From a virus (lineage: Duplodnaviria; Caudoviricetes), in the IMG/VR virus record IMGVR_UViG_3300005512_000010, positions 26,749 to 90,748 of that record: 64,000 bases of DNA. The stretch is one strand, 5' to 3'. Shown in pieces: positions 39,183 through 49,232 of the stretch (within the stretch, counting starts at the first letter, position 1; each line of letters opens with the position of its first letter). Made by a program: the position numbers and the translations under genes. A model generated the notes under the pieces. It made no database searches, was not told the origin of the DNA, and saw nothing but the letters and a program-made list of their open reading frames with translations.

Positions 39183-41300
39183 ATGTATCAAAACTTTGAC
39201 GACGAGAAGAAGGAAAAAGCTTCTAGGAATCCGTTTAACCGTCACATCTTGAAAGGGGGTCAGGTAGATCCTGGCTCTAAGATGTATCAGAGATCGGTTG
39301 CTGGCCGAGAAAAGCTCGACACAATGCTCCAGAGGTTGTGGAACGACGGCATGGACGAGGCCGATGTCTTCATGGCTGGCGTCAAGGCACTGACGAGCAG
39401 GGACAAAGGTTATGTGGGTGCTTATCTAGATAGTAAGAATCCTGGCCGGATATATCAGAAAAATGAAGCCATGGCCATTACCGACCAGGTAATGAAAGAT
39501 GCCGGCATCGGGAGTCATCCTGGGAATCGTCTGACTCGTGAAAAAGATGAGGAAGGTAAGGCGAAAAGAAAGGAGGAAAACGTCTCTCGTGGCGGTTTTG
39601 GACCTAAGCAGGCCCCAGGCGCCAAGGCTATGTCCGTCCGTCAGCAGCGGAAACAGGGTAAAAGGCCGAGTACCGGTCAGCCTGTAGAGGAGACGGATAG
39701 AGAGGGGATTGCGGATCGAGATGCCGGACCTAGATCGGAGTGGCAAAATACCCTGAAGGACAGGATAGAGGGCAAAGCGACCACCGCTGATGTTCTGGAA
39801 GAATTTCAGAAACAATATCAATCGAAGTTGTCTCAGTCTCCCCAAGCTCAGGCCAAGAGGGATCAGAAGACTAAGGAAAGACAACAAAAGATGCGTGACC
39901 AGATCGGTGAGCAGAGAGATCTGGAAGATCAAGAAGCCGCTACGGCTGGTCCGGAGCCGGAAACCGAGGAGATGAGAGTCTCTGCCGACCCGGTAGCTAT
40001 TGGCAATAAGTTTAAAGAACTAGTTCAGGATAACATAAAAGCTAATATTCCGGTAGATAAAAATTCCCTAGAAGGAATGATTCAGGAGACTATTGAAATC
40101 ATGGAAGATGATTTTGACGTCGATCCGGAGAAAGCCAGGGAAGCTATTTTCAGAAGGTTTAACAATAAACTGATTGACGGCAGAAGAATTGAGTTCGACC
40201 CTTCCTCAGCACCTGAAAAGCCGAGAGAAGAACAGGCTGTACCTCCTGAAGAAAGGAAAGCTCAACCTCCCTCTGCGCCAGAAGAGAAACAACAACAAGA
40301 AGAAGAAACGATATCTAATACTAAAAAAATTATTAAAGAAGCTGCCGCTAACTCCTCTTCTCCAGAAGAATTTAAAAAGTATCTGATGGACAAGACGGGT
40401 CAATTCCAGCTCGACTTGGGACGTAGAGACGCTAAGACCCGCATCGCCCAAGGTGCTGCAGATAAGCGTGCTCAGAAGGAAGAAGCTTTGAGGGAAAAAA
40501 CGGAAAAAGAAACCCAAAAGGCTCAAAGAGCGAGAGAAAGGGCTGGAAAAAAAGAGGCTACGCAGCCTAGTCTTCTTACCCCTGGCCTTAAAGCAAGAAA
40601 TTTCCCCGCCCCCGAAGAAGCTCCGACCCAAAAAACCTCTGCTCCAGGGGGTTTCAGATCCCTCGTACCTAAGCAACCAGCCCCCAAGGGTGGTGGTGGA
40701 ATTGAAGTCTCTTCAAAACCCAGTCCCGAGCAGGTTAAGTCGATCAAAGAGAAAATTAATAATACACCTCGCGAGCAAATGATTAAAGAAATGAAGCAGG
40801 GCACTCTGTTCCCCTCCGGGCTAGTGACCGAAACCCCTCAGACTAATCCTCTTGAGGGGGGTAGTACAAGCGCCCCTGGTATCGAGCAACCGGTTGACGA
40901 AAAGACTCCGGAGGAAACCGGAGATAGCCTCCTAGAAGAGGATGGTACAGCCAAAGACTTCAGAAAGTCTGGACCCCAGACTTCAACCCCTACGAGTGGT
41001 AAGAAGCCTTCTCGATCTAGTGGTAAGAGCCCGTTAGATCAAGTAGCAAAAGCTGTATTGAGTGGTGTTGAGAGGGATAAGGCGGCCCGAGAATCCGCCA
41101 GGCAGTTCTTTAACCGCGTCAGAGACCTGATTCAGAAACGGGCTGGTGAAGGTGCATCTAAGTCCGATGTTGATCAGGCCGCAGCGAAGGCAATTAATCA
41201 GCAGAAAGGTCGTACTACGAGGAATAAATCTCGTCGTAGAACGGTCGACAGTGCGGAGTACCAAGAATTCGCTCAGTCCATTCGCTCTATGATGCGTTGA
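39183..41300 (+). CDS. Large low-complexity charged protein (possible head-internal protein)
   Basis: 705 aa, K/E/Q/P-rich, preceded by variant GGTGAAAGC. Function is inferred. Confidence 0.55.
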   Translation: MYQNFDDEKKEKASRNPFNRHILKGGQVDPGSKMYQRSVAGREKLDTMLQRLWNDGMDEADVFMAGVKALTSRDKGYVGAYLDSKNPGRIYQKNEAMAITDQVMKDAGIGSHPGNRLTREKDEEGKAKRKEENVSRGGFGPKQAPGAKAMSVRQQRKQGKRPSTGQPVEETDREGIADRDAGPRSEWQNTLKDRIEGKATTADVLEEFQKQYQSKLSQSPQAQAKRDQKTKERQQKMRDQIGEQRDLEDQEAATAGPEPETEEMRVSADPVAIGNKFKELVQDNIKANIPVDKNSLEGMIQETIEIMEDDFDVDPEKAREAIFRRFNNKLIDGRRIEFDPSSAPEKPREEQAVPPEERKAQPPSAPEEKQQQEEETISNTKKIIKEAAANSSSPEEFKKYLMDKTGQFQLDLGRRDAKTRIAQGAADKRAQKEEALREKTEKETQKAQRARERAGKKEATQPSLLTPGLKARNFPAPEEAPTQKTSAPGGFRSLVPKQPAPKGGGGIEVSSKPSPEQVKSIKEKINNTPREQMIKEMKQGTLFPSGLVTETPQTNPLEGGSTSAPGIEQPVDEKTPEETGDSLLEEDGTAKDFRKSGPQTSTPTSGKKPSRSSGKSPLDQVAKAVLSGVERDKAARESARQFFNRVRDLIQKRAGEGASKSDVDQAAAKAINQQKGRTTRNKSRRRTVDSAEYQEFAQSIRSMMR

Positions 41301-41334
41301 AAGCTAGGTATAGGGTATTTATCAACATCTAACC

Positions 41335-42060
41335 ATGCCACTGAAAGAAGGTACCTCTGAAGAGGTTATTTCCGATAACATCAGCAAACTGATGGACGAA
41401 GGTACTCCGCAGAAACAGGCTATCGCCATGGCCCTCAGGAGTGCAGGCAAGTCGAAGTATGACTCGGGAGAAGGTACCGACCACGATGGCGATGGCGATA
41501 TCGACTCTGAGGACTGGATGGCAGCGCGGGATAAGGCGATTAAGAAGAGTATGCTTGAGGACGAGGACGAGGAGTATTGCGAAGAGGAGACCGATCACGA
41601 TGATCCAGAGGGTCAAATGGCCCAGGGCGACCTTAGGTCCGCTGCCCGCAATGCGTTACTTATCGACTCATTGATCAACGAGTCAAGCGATATTCCGGAG
41701 TGGGTGCAGGGGAAACTAACTCTCGCCTCGGACTACCTAAATTCCGTCGCCCAGTACATGCAGCATAGTGGGGAAGACAGGGACATGATGTTTGCTGAAG
41801 AGATGGAAGGACCGGATCCTTGTTGGAAGGGATATGAAATGGTAGGTACGAAGAAGAAGAACGGTAAAGAAGTCCCGAATTGTGTTAAGAAAAAATCCTC
41901 CGACAACGCCGAGTCTTGTGACTCGGACTACTCGGAGGTAAAAGTACCCACGGGCTGGAATATATCGAAGTCCGGGGGCGTCATTGGTCCAGCCATAACC
42001 CGTGACCAACACCTCAGTGGTAATCAAGACCCGTCAATGTATAATAATGAACAACAATGA
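41335..42060 (+). CDS. Mosaic of small phage modules
   Basis: PLKEG...ISDNISKLMDEG.PQKQAIAMAL, MAQGDL...IPEWVQGKLTLASDYL and PCWKGYEMVGTKKKNGKEVPNCV modules are common in large phages. Confidence 0.65.
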   Translation: MPLKEGTSEEVISDNISKLMDEGTPQKQAIAMALRSAGKSKYDSGEGTDHDGDGDIDSEDWMAARDKAIKKSMLEDEDEEYCEEETDHDDPEGQMAQGDLRSAARNALLIDSLINESSDIPEWVQGKLTLASDYLNSVAQYMQHSGEDRDMMFAEEMEGPDPCWKGYEMVGTKKKNGKEVPNCVKKKSSDNAESCDSDYSEVKVPTGWNISKSGGVIGPAITRDQHLSGNQDPSMYNNEQQ

Positions 42061-42355
42061 TCCAGGGTTCCAGATCCCCGAGGGCTGGTCAGTAGATCCG
42101 GGATTCGCCGAATCCAGGAAGAAGTATAGTAAGACGGTCACTGACCCTAATACCGGCCGAAAAAAGAAAGTGCGTTACGGGGCGAAAGGATACACTATCG
42201 CACCGGGAACGAGCCGTGGCGACAGCTATTGTTCACGGTCTGAAGGGCAGCGTAAGAAGTACGGATACGACTGCAGTGGAAAAGACAAGAACACCCCTCT
42301 GTGTCTCTCTCGTGCCAAATGGAGATGTTCAGGTACCAGCTCTAGGAAGACGTAA
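42047..42355 (+). CDS. Small basic Cys-containing phage protein
   Basis: KKVRYGAKGY.IAPGTSRGDSYCSRS...LSRAKWRC, with N-terminal IPEGW. Confidence 0.6.
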   Translation: MNNNDPGFQIPEGWSVDPGFAESRKKYSKTVTDPNTGRKKKVRYGAKGYTIAPGTSRGDSYCSRSEGQRKKYGYDCSGKDKNTPLCLSRAKWRCSGTSSRKT

Positions 42356-42410
42356 CAGCCTTCCTGTGCTACACTAAGACAGGTTAACTACCACTACCCC
42401 CACAAGTACT

Positions 42411-42710
42411 ATGATCACAGGACTTCTTTATTTCTTCATCTTTCTTACCTGGTCTGTGGGGATCCTTTGCCTTCTGTGCCTTCTATCCATAAAGCTTCAA
42501 CAACACAGGGTGCTGATGGATGCTATTTCTACCAACAGTGGAGGCAATAACAAGACTCAAGAGATTCCGGAAGAGCTTAAATCTCTAATCGAGAGAAGCC
42601 CGGGACACCCTGAGGTGGAAGAGATCGAAGGTGGCGATGAAGTTTTTGGTATAATTTTTAAGTCGGAATCATATCCACCCACTATGGAGGAAAGCAGCGA
42701 TGAGGACTGA
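42411..42710 (+). CDS. Membrane-anchored protein (possible lysis accessory)
   Basis: N-terminal hydrophobic helix; immediately upstream of the endolysin. Confidence 0.45.
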   Translation: MITGLLYFFIFLTWSVGILCLLCLLSIKLQQHRVLMDAISTNSGGNNKTQEIPEELKSLIERSPGHPEVEEIEGGDEVFGIIFKSESYPPTMEESSDED

Positions 42711-43986
42711 TATTAAGCCGCCTAAGTGCGGCATTGAAATGATTAAACGGTTCGAATCATGCGAGCTGGCCGCTTACCCTGACCCGGGTACCGGGGGAGA
42801 CCCCTGGACTATTGGCTGGGGTAATACTCGTTGGAGCGATGGTAGACCGGTTAAACAGGGCGATGTTATCACTGCGAAGGGGGCGGATGACCTCTTGTAT
42901 TTTTGGATAGAGAAATCCTTCTGGCCCGGAGTAGCCAGGATACCTTACTTCCTCGATATGTCCGATGAACAGAGAGGTGCCCTGCTCTCCTTCGCCTACA
43001 ACTTGGGCGCTGATTTCTACGGACATCCGGGATTTACAACGATTAGTAGATACCTCAATGACAAGGATTGGGAGAAAGTACCCGACGCCCTGGTTTTATA
43101 TCGTAACCCCGGCTCGAGTGTAGAGGCGGGCCTGAAGCGGAGGAGAGTGGCTGAGGGATCTCTTTGGTCTAAAGGTCTGGAGAAGTTTCGTCACTCAAAA
43201 AGACTTATCACTGCTAAGCAGGACACCTTGCTGAAGAAAGAGCCCATTCAGTCATTCGAGTTGTCTGAAAGAGCGAAGGTAAAAGTCCCGCAGGGTCGGT
43301 CTTATACCATTGTTGATAGTGTCGATGAAGGATCGCACATGAAGGTAACTCTGGACTACGGTGCAGGGACCTGGTATATCTATACCCCGCACTGGGTTAC
43401 TACGGTTCCCGGTAACCCAATTCAGCAAGATGATAAGAAAATCCTACTAGACGTCCCGTACTACACCCAGTTAGATTCGACAACTAATCACGCCGTAAGG
43501 ATGTGCTTTAGCTCGAGTTGTTCTATGGCAGCGGAGTACATGAAGCCAGGTTGTCTTGGGGGTAACAGAGGTGCTGACGATAAGTACATGACACAGTATG
43601 TATTTAAGTACGGAGATACTACAAATCCTACTGCCCAAGTCCGCGCACTCAAGGATCTGGGGATCACAGCGGTGTTTAGACAGAATCTGAATAGAAAGGA
43701 TGTCATCGCGCAGTTAAGAAATAATATCCCTGTTCCAGTAGGATACTTGCACAAAGGTTCGGTTAACCTACCAGGTGGCGGAGGCCATTGGTGCGTTATT
43801 ATCGGTGTGGATCTGGAATCCAAGCAATACATCGTTAATGACCCTTGGGGCGAAGCCGATCTCGTGTACGGGGGCATGATGGGATCGGAGAACGGATCTA
43901 GACTTCGTTACTCCTTCAAAAACTTCGAACCGAGGTGGATGGTAGAAGGGGAAGGTACGGGCTGGGGGCTCATACTAAATAGATAG
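42700..43986 (+). CDS. Endolysin: GH24 lysozyme + C39-like cysteine peptidase
   Basis: IKRFESCELAAYPDPGTGGDPWTIGWG and GLKRRR.AE (GH24); VPYYTQLD..RMCFSSSC, GHWCVIIG and VNDPWG (C39-like). Confidence 0.85.
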   Translation: MRTDIKPPKCGIEMIKRFESCELAAYPDPGTGGDPWTIGWGNTRWSDGRPVKQGDVITAKGADDLLYFWIEKSFWPGVARIPYFLDMSDEQRGALLSFAYNLGADFYGHPGFTTISRYLNDKDWEKVPDALVLYRNPGSSVEAGLKRRRVAEGSLWSKGLEKFRHSKRLITAKQDTLLKKEPIQSFELSERAKVKVPQGRSYTIVDSVDEGSHMKVTLDYGAGTWYIYTPHWVTTVPGNPIQQDDKKILLDVPYYTQLDSTTNHAVRMCFSSSCSMAAEYMKPGCLGGNRGADDKYMTQYVFKYGDTTNPTAQVRALKDLGITAVFRQNLNRKDVIAQLRNNIPVPVGYLHKGSVNLPGGGGHWCVIIGVDLESKQYIVNDPWGEADLVYGGMMGSENGSRLRYSFKNFEPRWMVEGEGTGWGLILNR

Positions 43987-44000
43987 TTAACCATTTTTCT

Positions 44001-44975
44001 ATGTCCCTCAGAGTTCGTAATGATTTCGTCGTCTATGGGTATGCAAGAGAAGGTGCTGACAGGTTTGGCAATGTCGGCACCTATTACTATATAGGAAAGG
44101 GCACTCCCAAAAGGCCCCACCATTGCAGCAACAGAACAATAAAATGTCCCAAAAATAAGGAGGATATTCACGTCCTGCATGAAAATTTAGATGAAGAAAA
44201 CGCTTTTAGAATTGAAAAAGAATTAATCGCAAAATATGGCAGGCGTGATTTGCACCCTGACTGGGGGATTTTGTACAACCGGACAGATGGAGGAGAAGGA
44301 ACTGCAGGATCTATCAGATCTGAAGAGAGTAAAAAGAGGTATTCAGCCAGTAAATTGGGAGATAACAACCCGTCTTCTAAGAAAAGAAACTGGTGTCACT
44401 CTGAAATAGGCCTTGTTTTAAACAAAACAGCATCTGAAGTAGTTAAAGAGTACCCTGAGCATAAGTCATCTCAATCTGGATTATGTAAATTAGCCCTAGG
44501 TAAAACAAAATATCACTTTGGATGGATAGCAATAAATGAAGAATTAGATGTTAAACTTGGGACAGAGCAACTGAGTATAATTTTTTCCCCAGAGTATTGT
44601 AAAAAATTTATAGAAAATTGTAAAAAAGAACATAAAAAGAAGGCAGCATCTAGGGCTGTGTCCGGCCCATTGAATCCGATGTATGGAAAAACTGGTAAAG
44701 ATCATCCCTCATTTGGCTTAAAAAGATCAGAAGAAACTTGTTACAAAATTTCTGAAAAAGCAAGGAAGAGGTTTGTCAGAAGAGATTGGTATCACCCTGA
44801 CCATGGCAGAATTGAAAACGTTCTGTGCTGCGAACTAATCGAGATGTTTCCTGAACACAAGCTCAGCCAGGGCACTTTATCGTCTGTGGCCTCGGGTGAT
44901 AGGAGGAATCACAAAGGATGGACTTGCTTGGGGGTGTCCGGTAATCCGTACCCGGGATATGGGGGGAAACCGTAA
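44001..44975 (+). mobile_element. Free-standing GIY-YIG-like homing endonuclease
   Basis: VVYGY...YYIGKG..RP, LYNRTDGGEG, NUMOD3-like NPMYGK..HP and two W.H..G repeats; AT-richer than its flanks. Confidence 0.75.
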
Positions 44976-45008
44976 CGGTTAACGGAAATTCTCGTTTAAA
45001 GTAATACG

Positions 45009-45040
45009 AGGGTACTAGTTACCCCCCCCTTTTTTTTTTA
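45009..45040 (+). terminator. Intrinsic terminator-like hairpin with T-tract
   Basis: GAGGGTA-CTAGT-TACCCCC hairpin followed by a poly-T run. Confidence 0.45.
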
Positions 45041-45045
45041 TTCCC

Positions 45046-45435
45046 ATGCTCACTACCGTTCCTCGTTCCGTCATCTCCGAACTTCTCGATTCCGTTCGTT
45101 ACGCGTCACTCCCTACCTCGCAACAGGGAACCTACGCTCCCCGGTACAACGTCCGGATAGACTCCGACACTGCCCTGTATGAGATCGCGTTGCCCGGGTA
45201 CGAGAAGTCGGAGATCGAGATTCGGCATACCGACGACCGGCTCACGGTGTCCAGTGCCGCCAAACGCACCTACGATTCCAGCTACGTGGTCGCCTCGAGT
45301 CAAATAACCCCGTTCTCTCTCTCCTGGCCGGTCAAGAACGCCAAGGTCGCTAGTGCGAAACTGGAGAACGGTATGCTGAGGATCGTTATGCAACGAAGTG
45401 TGTCAGGGGACGGTGACCTGGTCGCCATTGACTGA
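45046..45435 (+). CDS. Small heat shock protein (Hsp20)
   Basis: PRYNV...YEIALPGYEKSEIEI...LTVS...ASAKLENGMLRI alpha-crystallin pattern. Confidence 0.85.
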   Translation: MLTTVPRSVISELLDSVRYASLPTSQQGTYAPRYNVRIDSDTALYEIALPGYEKSEIEIRHTDDRLTVSSAAKRTYDSSYVVASSQITPFSLSWPVKNAKVASAKLENGMLRIVMQRSVSGDGDLVAID

Positions 45436-45475
45436 CCTGATGGTGTAGGGTGGCCGGGTACACCAGTCACCCACA

Positions 45476-46480
45476 ATGCTTACAACCAGTCTTTCGGAAG
45501 CCGGCAAGCACCTTCAGTCCCTTGTCCGTAACAATATCAAAACCTCAGTCATGCTTTGGGGCGCCCCGGGCATCGGCAAAAGCTCAATTGTAAAAGCCGT
45601 ATCCAGCTCCAACGACATGGAGATGGTAGACCTGCGTCTCAATCAGCTTGCCCCAACCGATATCCGTGGACTTCCTTACGTCAGCGAAGGAGTTGCCCGA
45701 TTCGCGCCTCCCAGCTTTCTGCCGCAATCCGGCAAAGGAATCCTGTTCCTTGATGAGATCAACTTGGCTGCACCGGTGGTAATGTCTACCGCTATGCAAC
45801 TCGTTCTGGACCGCAAAGTCGGCGACTACGTCGTCCCCGATAACTGGTTCATAATCGCTGCTGGTAACCGTGTCGAGGACCGGGCAGCAGTGTCACAGAT
45901 GCCCGCCCCTCTTACTAACCGCTTCCTCCATTTTACCGTAGAGGCCGATCTTGCATCGTGGAAAGAGTACGCTCTTACGAGCGGGGTAGAGGAAAAGATC
46001 ATCTCTTTTCTTACTTTCCGTCCCGAACTTCTCCACTCTTTCAATAAAAACGCCATTGCCTGGCCGTCTCCGCGCTCTTGGGACTTCGCATCAGATCTGT
46101 ATAAGATCGGCCTCCCCGTCGACGCCGCTGTGGGAGAAGGTGCTGCGGCAGAGTTCAATAGCTTCGTCAAACTGTACTCCAAGCTTCCCGATGTAGAGAA
46201 GATTAAGTCTGGCGACAAGAAAATCAAGGCACCCAAAGAGCCTTCTATCATCTACGCAATCACTGGAGCCCTGGTTTCACGTTCTGAAACCGCAGAGGAG
46301 TTTTACAACTCAATGATGTGGTTGATCGAGTCTGTGACCGAAGACTACGTAGGTGTTTTCATGGGTGACACTATGACCCGCCTTCGCTCTATGGGGATCC
46401 AGGGTCAGTTTGTTAGTAAAGTAACTAAAAGCACAGAAGCTAAGAAGTTTGTAGCTAAGTATCAAGAGCTTCTACGTTGA
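45476..46480 (+). CDS. MoxR-like AAA+ ATPase
   Basis: WGAPGIGKS, LFLDEIN, AAGNR, PLTNRFLH, PSPRSW. Confidence 0.88.
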   Translation: MLTTSLSEAGKHLQSLVRNNIKTSVMLWGAPGIGKSSIVKAVSSSNDMEMVDLRLNQLAPTDIRGLPYVSEGVARFAPPSFLPQSGKGILFLDEINLAAPVVMSTAMQLVLDRKVGDYVVPDNWFIIAAGNRVEDRAAVSQMPAPLTNRFLHFTVEADLASWKEYALTSGVEEKIISFLTFRPELLHSFNKNAIAWPSPRSWDFASDLYKIGLPVDAAVGEGAAAEFNSFVKLYSKLPDVEKIKSGDKKIKAPKEPSIIYAITGALVSRSETAEEFYNSMMWLIESVTEDYVGVFMGDTMTRLRSMGIQGQFVSKVTKSTEAKKFVAKYQELLR

Positions 46481-46553
46481 GGAAAAATAGACAGTAGGGG
46501 TGTCTTCACCCCTCTTTCTATGCTATAATGTAAAAAACACCGGTTATTTTTCA

Positions 46554-47717
46554 ATGTCAAGCGACTCTATTCAAGATCGGATGACCAAGGCCAGGGTCAA
46601 ACTCCTTAAGAAATCCCCTTTTTTCGGAACTCTGCTCATCAACGCTCCCTGGCGTGAGGATCGATCAATCCCCACCGCAGCGACTGATGGAAAAGGTCTG
46701 ATGTTCAATCCAGATTTCGTAGAGAAGCTAAACGATAAGCAGTTAGCAGGTCTAACGATTCACGAAATCCTTCACTGCGCACTCTCTCATGTCCCCCGGA
46801 TGAAAGACCTCTTCAAGGTCGACCCCTCTACAGCTAATATCGCCGCTGATATCGTTGTTAACGGCATTATCGATGATAATAACCTCGACCTTCCCGACGG
46901 GGCGATTAGGGACAATGATCTCAAGCACCTTAGTGTAAGAGAGATTTACAATATCTTAAAGGAAAAACAGAATAAAGATAAGAATTATCTAAAAAACAAA
47001 TACGGCGTTAGCGATGTCAATGTGTGCCTTGTCGAAGGAGACGACAAGGGTGAGTTTACAGACAGCGACGGCAATAAGGTAGAGGCACCGGAATGGAAAG
47101 ATATCTTGAATAAGGCTTCTACTATATCTAGGATGAAGAAGGCCGGGCTTAAAGGTGCAGGGTTAGAGAGAATATTTAAAGAGATGCTAGAGCCTACCAT
47201 TGACTGGAGGACAGTTCTGTATAAGTATATTACCGAGACTCGTAACGACTTTGATGGTTACGATAGGAGGTTTGCCTATAAGAATCTGTATATCGATGAT
47301 TTCTCAGGTTCTAAGGTCAACGTCCTCCTTTACATCGATGTGAGTGGAAGTATCTCTGAGGAAATTCTTACAGAGTTTATGTCAGAGATCAATGGGGCGA
47401 TTAATTCTATTAACGAAGTGACCGGAGAAGTGTATTGTTTTGACACCAAAGTCCACCATGTCTGCTCGGTTGATGAGATCGAGAGTGAATTTAAACTAAT
47501 AGGTGGAGGCGGAACTTGTTTTAAGTGTATTTTTGAAAGCATAGAATCATATGAATCCGGGGCAGAGTCTATCACCCTACCTATTATCCTTACCGATGGC
47601 TACGCCGATCTCGAAGATCTCCCCCGGATATCACCCCTTCTCTGGTGTATTACCCCCTCCGGAGCTGATAGTTCTCTCTTTACCCCCCCCTCCGAAGTCA
47701 TCCGCATCATTAAATAA
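46554..47717 (+). CDS. VWA-like protein with N-terminal HEXXH metallopeptidase (DUF2201-like)
   Basis: TAATDG, IHEILH, YIDVSGSI, GGGGTCF, ILTDGY; typical partner of MoxR-like ATPases. Confidence 0.85.
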   Translation: MSSDSIQDRMTKARVKLLKKSPFFGTLLINAPWREDRSIPTAATDGKGLMFNPDFVEKLNDKQLAGLTIHEILHCALSHVPRMKDLFKVDPSTANIAADIVVNGIIDDNNLDLPDGAIRDNDLKHLSVREIYNILKEKQNKDKNYLKNKYGVSDVNVCLVEGDDKGEFTDSDGNKVEAPEWKDILNKASTISRMKKAGLKGAGLERIFKEMLEPTIDWRTVLYKYITETRNDFDGYDRRFAYKNLYIDDFSGSKVNVLLYIDVSGSISEEILTEFMSEINGAINSINEVTGEVYCFDTKVHHVCSVDEIESEFKLIGGGGTCFKCIFESIESYESGAESITLPIILTDGYADLEDLPRISPLLWCITPSGADSSLFTPPSEVIRIIK

Positions 47718-47802
47718 AAACCGCTGATGGGGGGTCCTTAGCGACTCCTTCTCATCGGTATCGTATTGAGAGATTGCGTAAAGGGGGGAGGGGGGCCAGG
47801 CA

Positions 47803-47862
47803 ATCCCTGCATCTCGATCCCTGCATCTCGATCCCTGCATCTCGGTCCCCGTCCCCGTCCCC
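47803..47862. repeat. Compound tandem repeat: (ATCCCTGCATCTCG)x3 + (GTCCCC)x3
   Basis: Read directly; ends immediately before the ATG at 47863. Confidence 0.95.
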
Positions 47863-48816
47863 ATGAACACTCTATCTCTAGTCGAAAACTTCTACGGAAT
47901 CCCAGAATTCCTACAGAGGAAATTCCAACTCGAATTTATAGAATCCGGGAAAAATCTGGACAGGTGTGAATTCTCGGTAACAGGTAGTTGTTCCGGCCCC
48001 CTACTCCCCCTGACAAACTTCTTCCGATCAGGAAGAGACACTGTCGAGTTGAATTCCCATGTCCTGGTCACTTATTCAAGGAAAGAACAATCTACCGACG
48101 TTGAGATCATAGGCGATCCTGATCATGTAGCCAGATCTAAATCTCTCATCTTACAAAAATACGACCTAGTCCCGGTCAGAGTGAAGTGGGTCTATAAAAG
48201 CGATGGAAGTAGCACGAGATTACCGATACGATCGGATCATCTCCCGAGGAGTGAATACTATCCGCAGTTAACTGTACCGCTGTCGGAATATTACCGACAA
48301 TACGAAGAATCTGATTCGAATATCCTCGTACTAATAGGCCCCCCGGGGACGGGTAAAACCTCCTTTATCCGTGGTCTACTGCACCATACACGATCTAATG
48401 CGATCGTATCTTATAATTCTAGTATTCTCGAGTCTGATCAGATCTTTGCCGACTTCATGTCTGGTGAAGAAAAATTCATGGTTCTCGAAGATGCCGATGC
48501 GTTTCTATCCTCCCGGTCTAAGTCAGGAAATACAATAATGCACAAGTTCTTGAATATCGGAGACGGATTACTAAGTACAAGGGGGAAGAAGATTGTATTT
48601 AGTACGAATCTGCCAAGCACTAGGGATATCGATAGTGCGCTGTTGAGGGTTGGCAGGTGTTTCGATGTCTTGAGGTTCAGACCATTGAGCGAAGATGAGG
48701 TGAAAAAGATCGTGGGAGACGTTGACTTCGTATCAGACCATTATCCGATCACATTGGCCGAGGTATTTGGAGGTCAGAGAAACCCGGGAGTAGTAGACAA
48801 TAAGGTGGGCTTCTAA
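47863..48816 (+). CDS. AAA+ ATPase
   Basis: LIGPPGTGKTSF, VLEDAD, VFSTN, SALLRVGRCF. Confidence 0.88.
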   Translation: MNTLSLVENFYGIPEFLQRKFQLEFIESGKNLDRCEFSVTGSCSGPLLPLTNFFRSGRDTVELNSHVLVTYSRKEQSTDVEIIGDPDHVARSKSLILQKYDLVPVRVKWVYKSDGSSTRLPIRSDHLPRSEYYPQLTVPLSEYYRQYEESDSNILVLIGPPGTGKTSFIRGLLHHTRSNAIVSYNSSILESDQIFADFMSGEEKFMVLEDADAFLSSRSKSGNTIMHKFLNIGDGLLSTRGKKIVFSTNLPSTRDIDSALLRVGRCFDVLRFRPLSEDEVKKIVGDVDFVSDHYPITLAEVFGGQRNPGVVDNKVGF

Positions 48817-48823
48817 GCCAGCC

Positions 48824-48863
48824 CTATTTTTAGACACACCCCTATAGCTTTCAACTAATCATG
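48824..48863. repeat. 40-bp direct repeat, copy 1 (copy 2 at 49224-49263)
   Basis: CTATTTT(T/A)AGACACACCCCTATAGCTTTCAACTAA(T/C)CATG; copies are 400 bp apart, each ending in an ORF start. Confidence 0.9.
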
Positions 48864-49232
48864 GTCTTGCCTATTAAGTTTTCCGACACCCCGCCTTATT
48901 ACAACGGGTATTGGCACAAATCAGACTTCTCCTCAGGGTATATAAAACACCTGGTGAGTGTCAGATCGGGGCGCATGTATCTGTGCACTAGTATTCCGGA
49001 GAATACTCTGCCAGCCAAGTTCCTTTTATCCTATAAATTAAAAGAAGAGTGGTATAATGCTATGATTTTACCCAAAGAATTATTTAAATTAATAGATACG
49101 ACACACCTCGGATTTATGTGCGTATTTACCAGGGACAAAGGTAGATTATCAATCTACTACAAGGGATCGACTTATCCGCTATACTGGAAACAGACTAATA
49201 CGACCGAGCTCCACCTCCTAGAGCTATTTTAA
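48861..49232 (+). CDS. Hypothetical protein
   Basis: 123-aa ORF starting within repeat copy 1. Confidence 0.5.
   Translation: MVLPIKFSDTPPYYNGYWHKSDFSSGYIKHLVSVRSGRMYLCTSIPENTLPAKFLLSYKLKEEWYNAMILPKELFKLIDTTHLGFMCVFTRDKGRLSIYYKGSTYPLYWKQTNTTELHLLELF

Noticed and set aside
44973-44985. Two TAACGG hexamers upstream of hsp20 as an early-type box
   Set aside because: They lack the (C/A)CCAA extension and a correctly spaced -10 hexamer.
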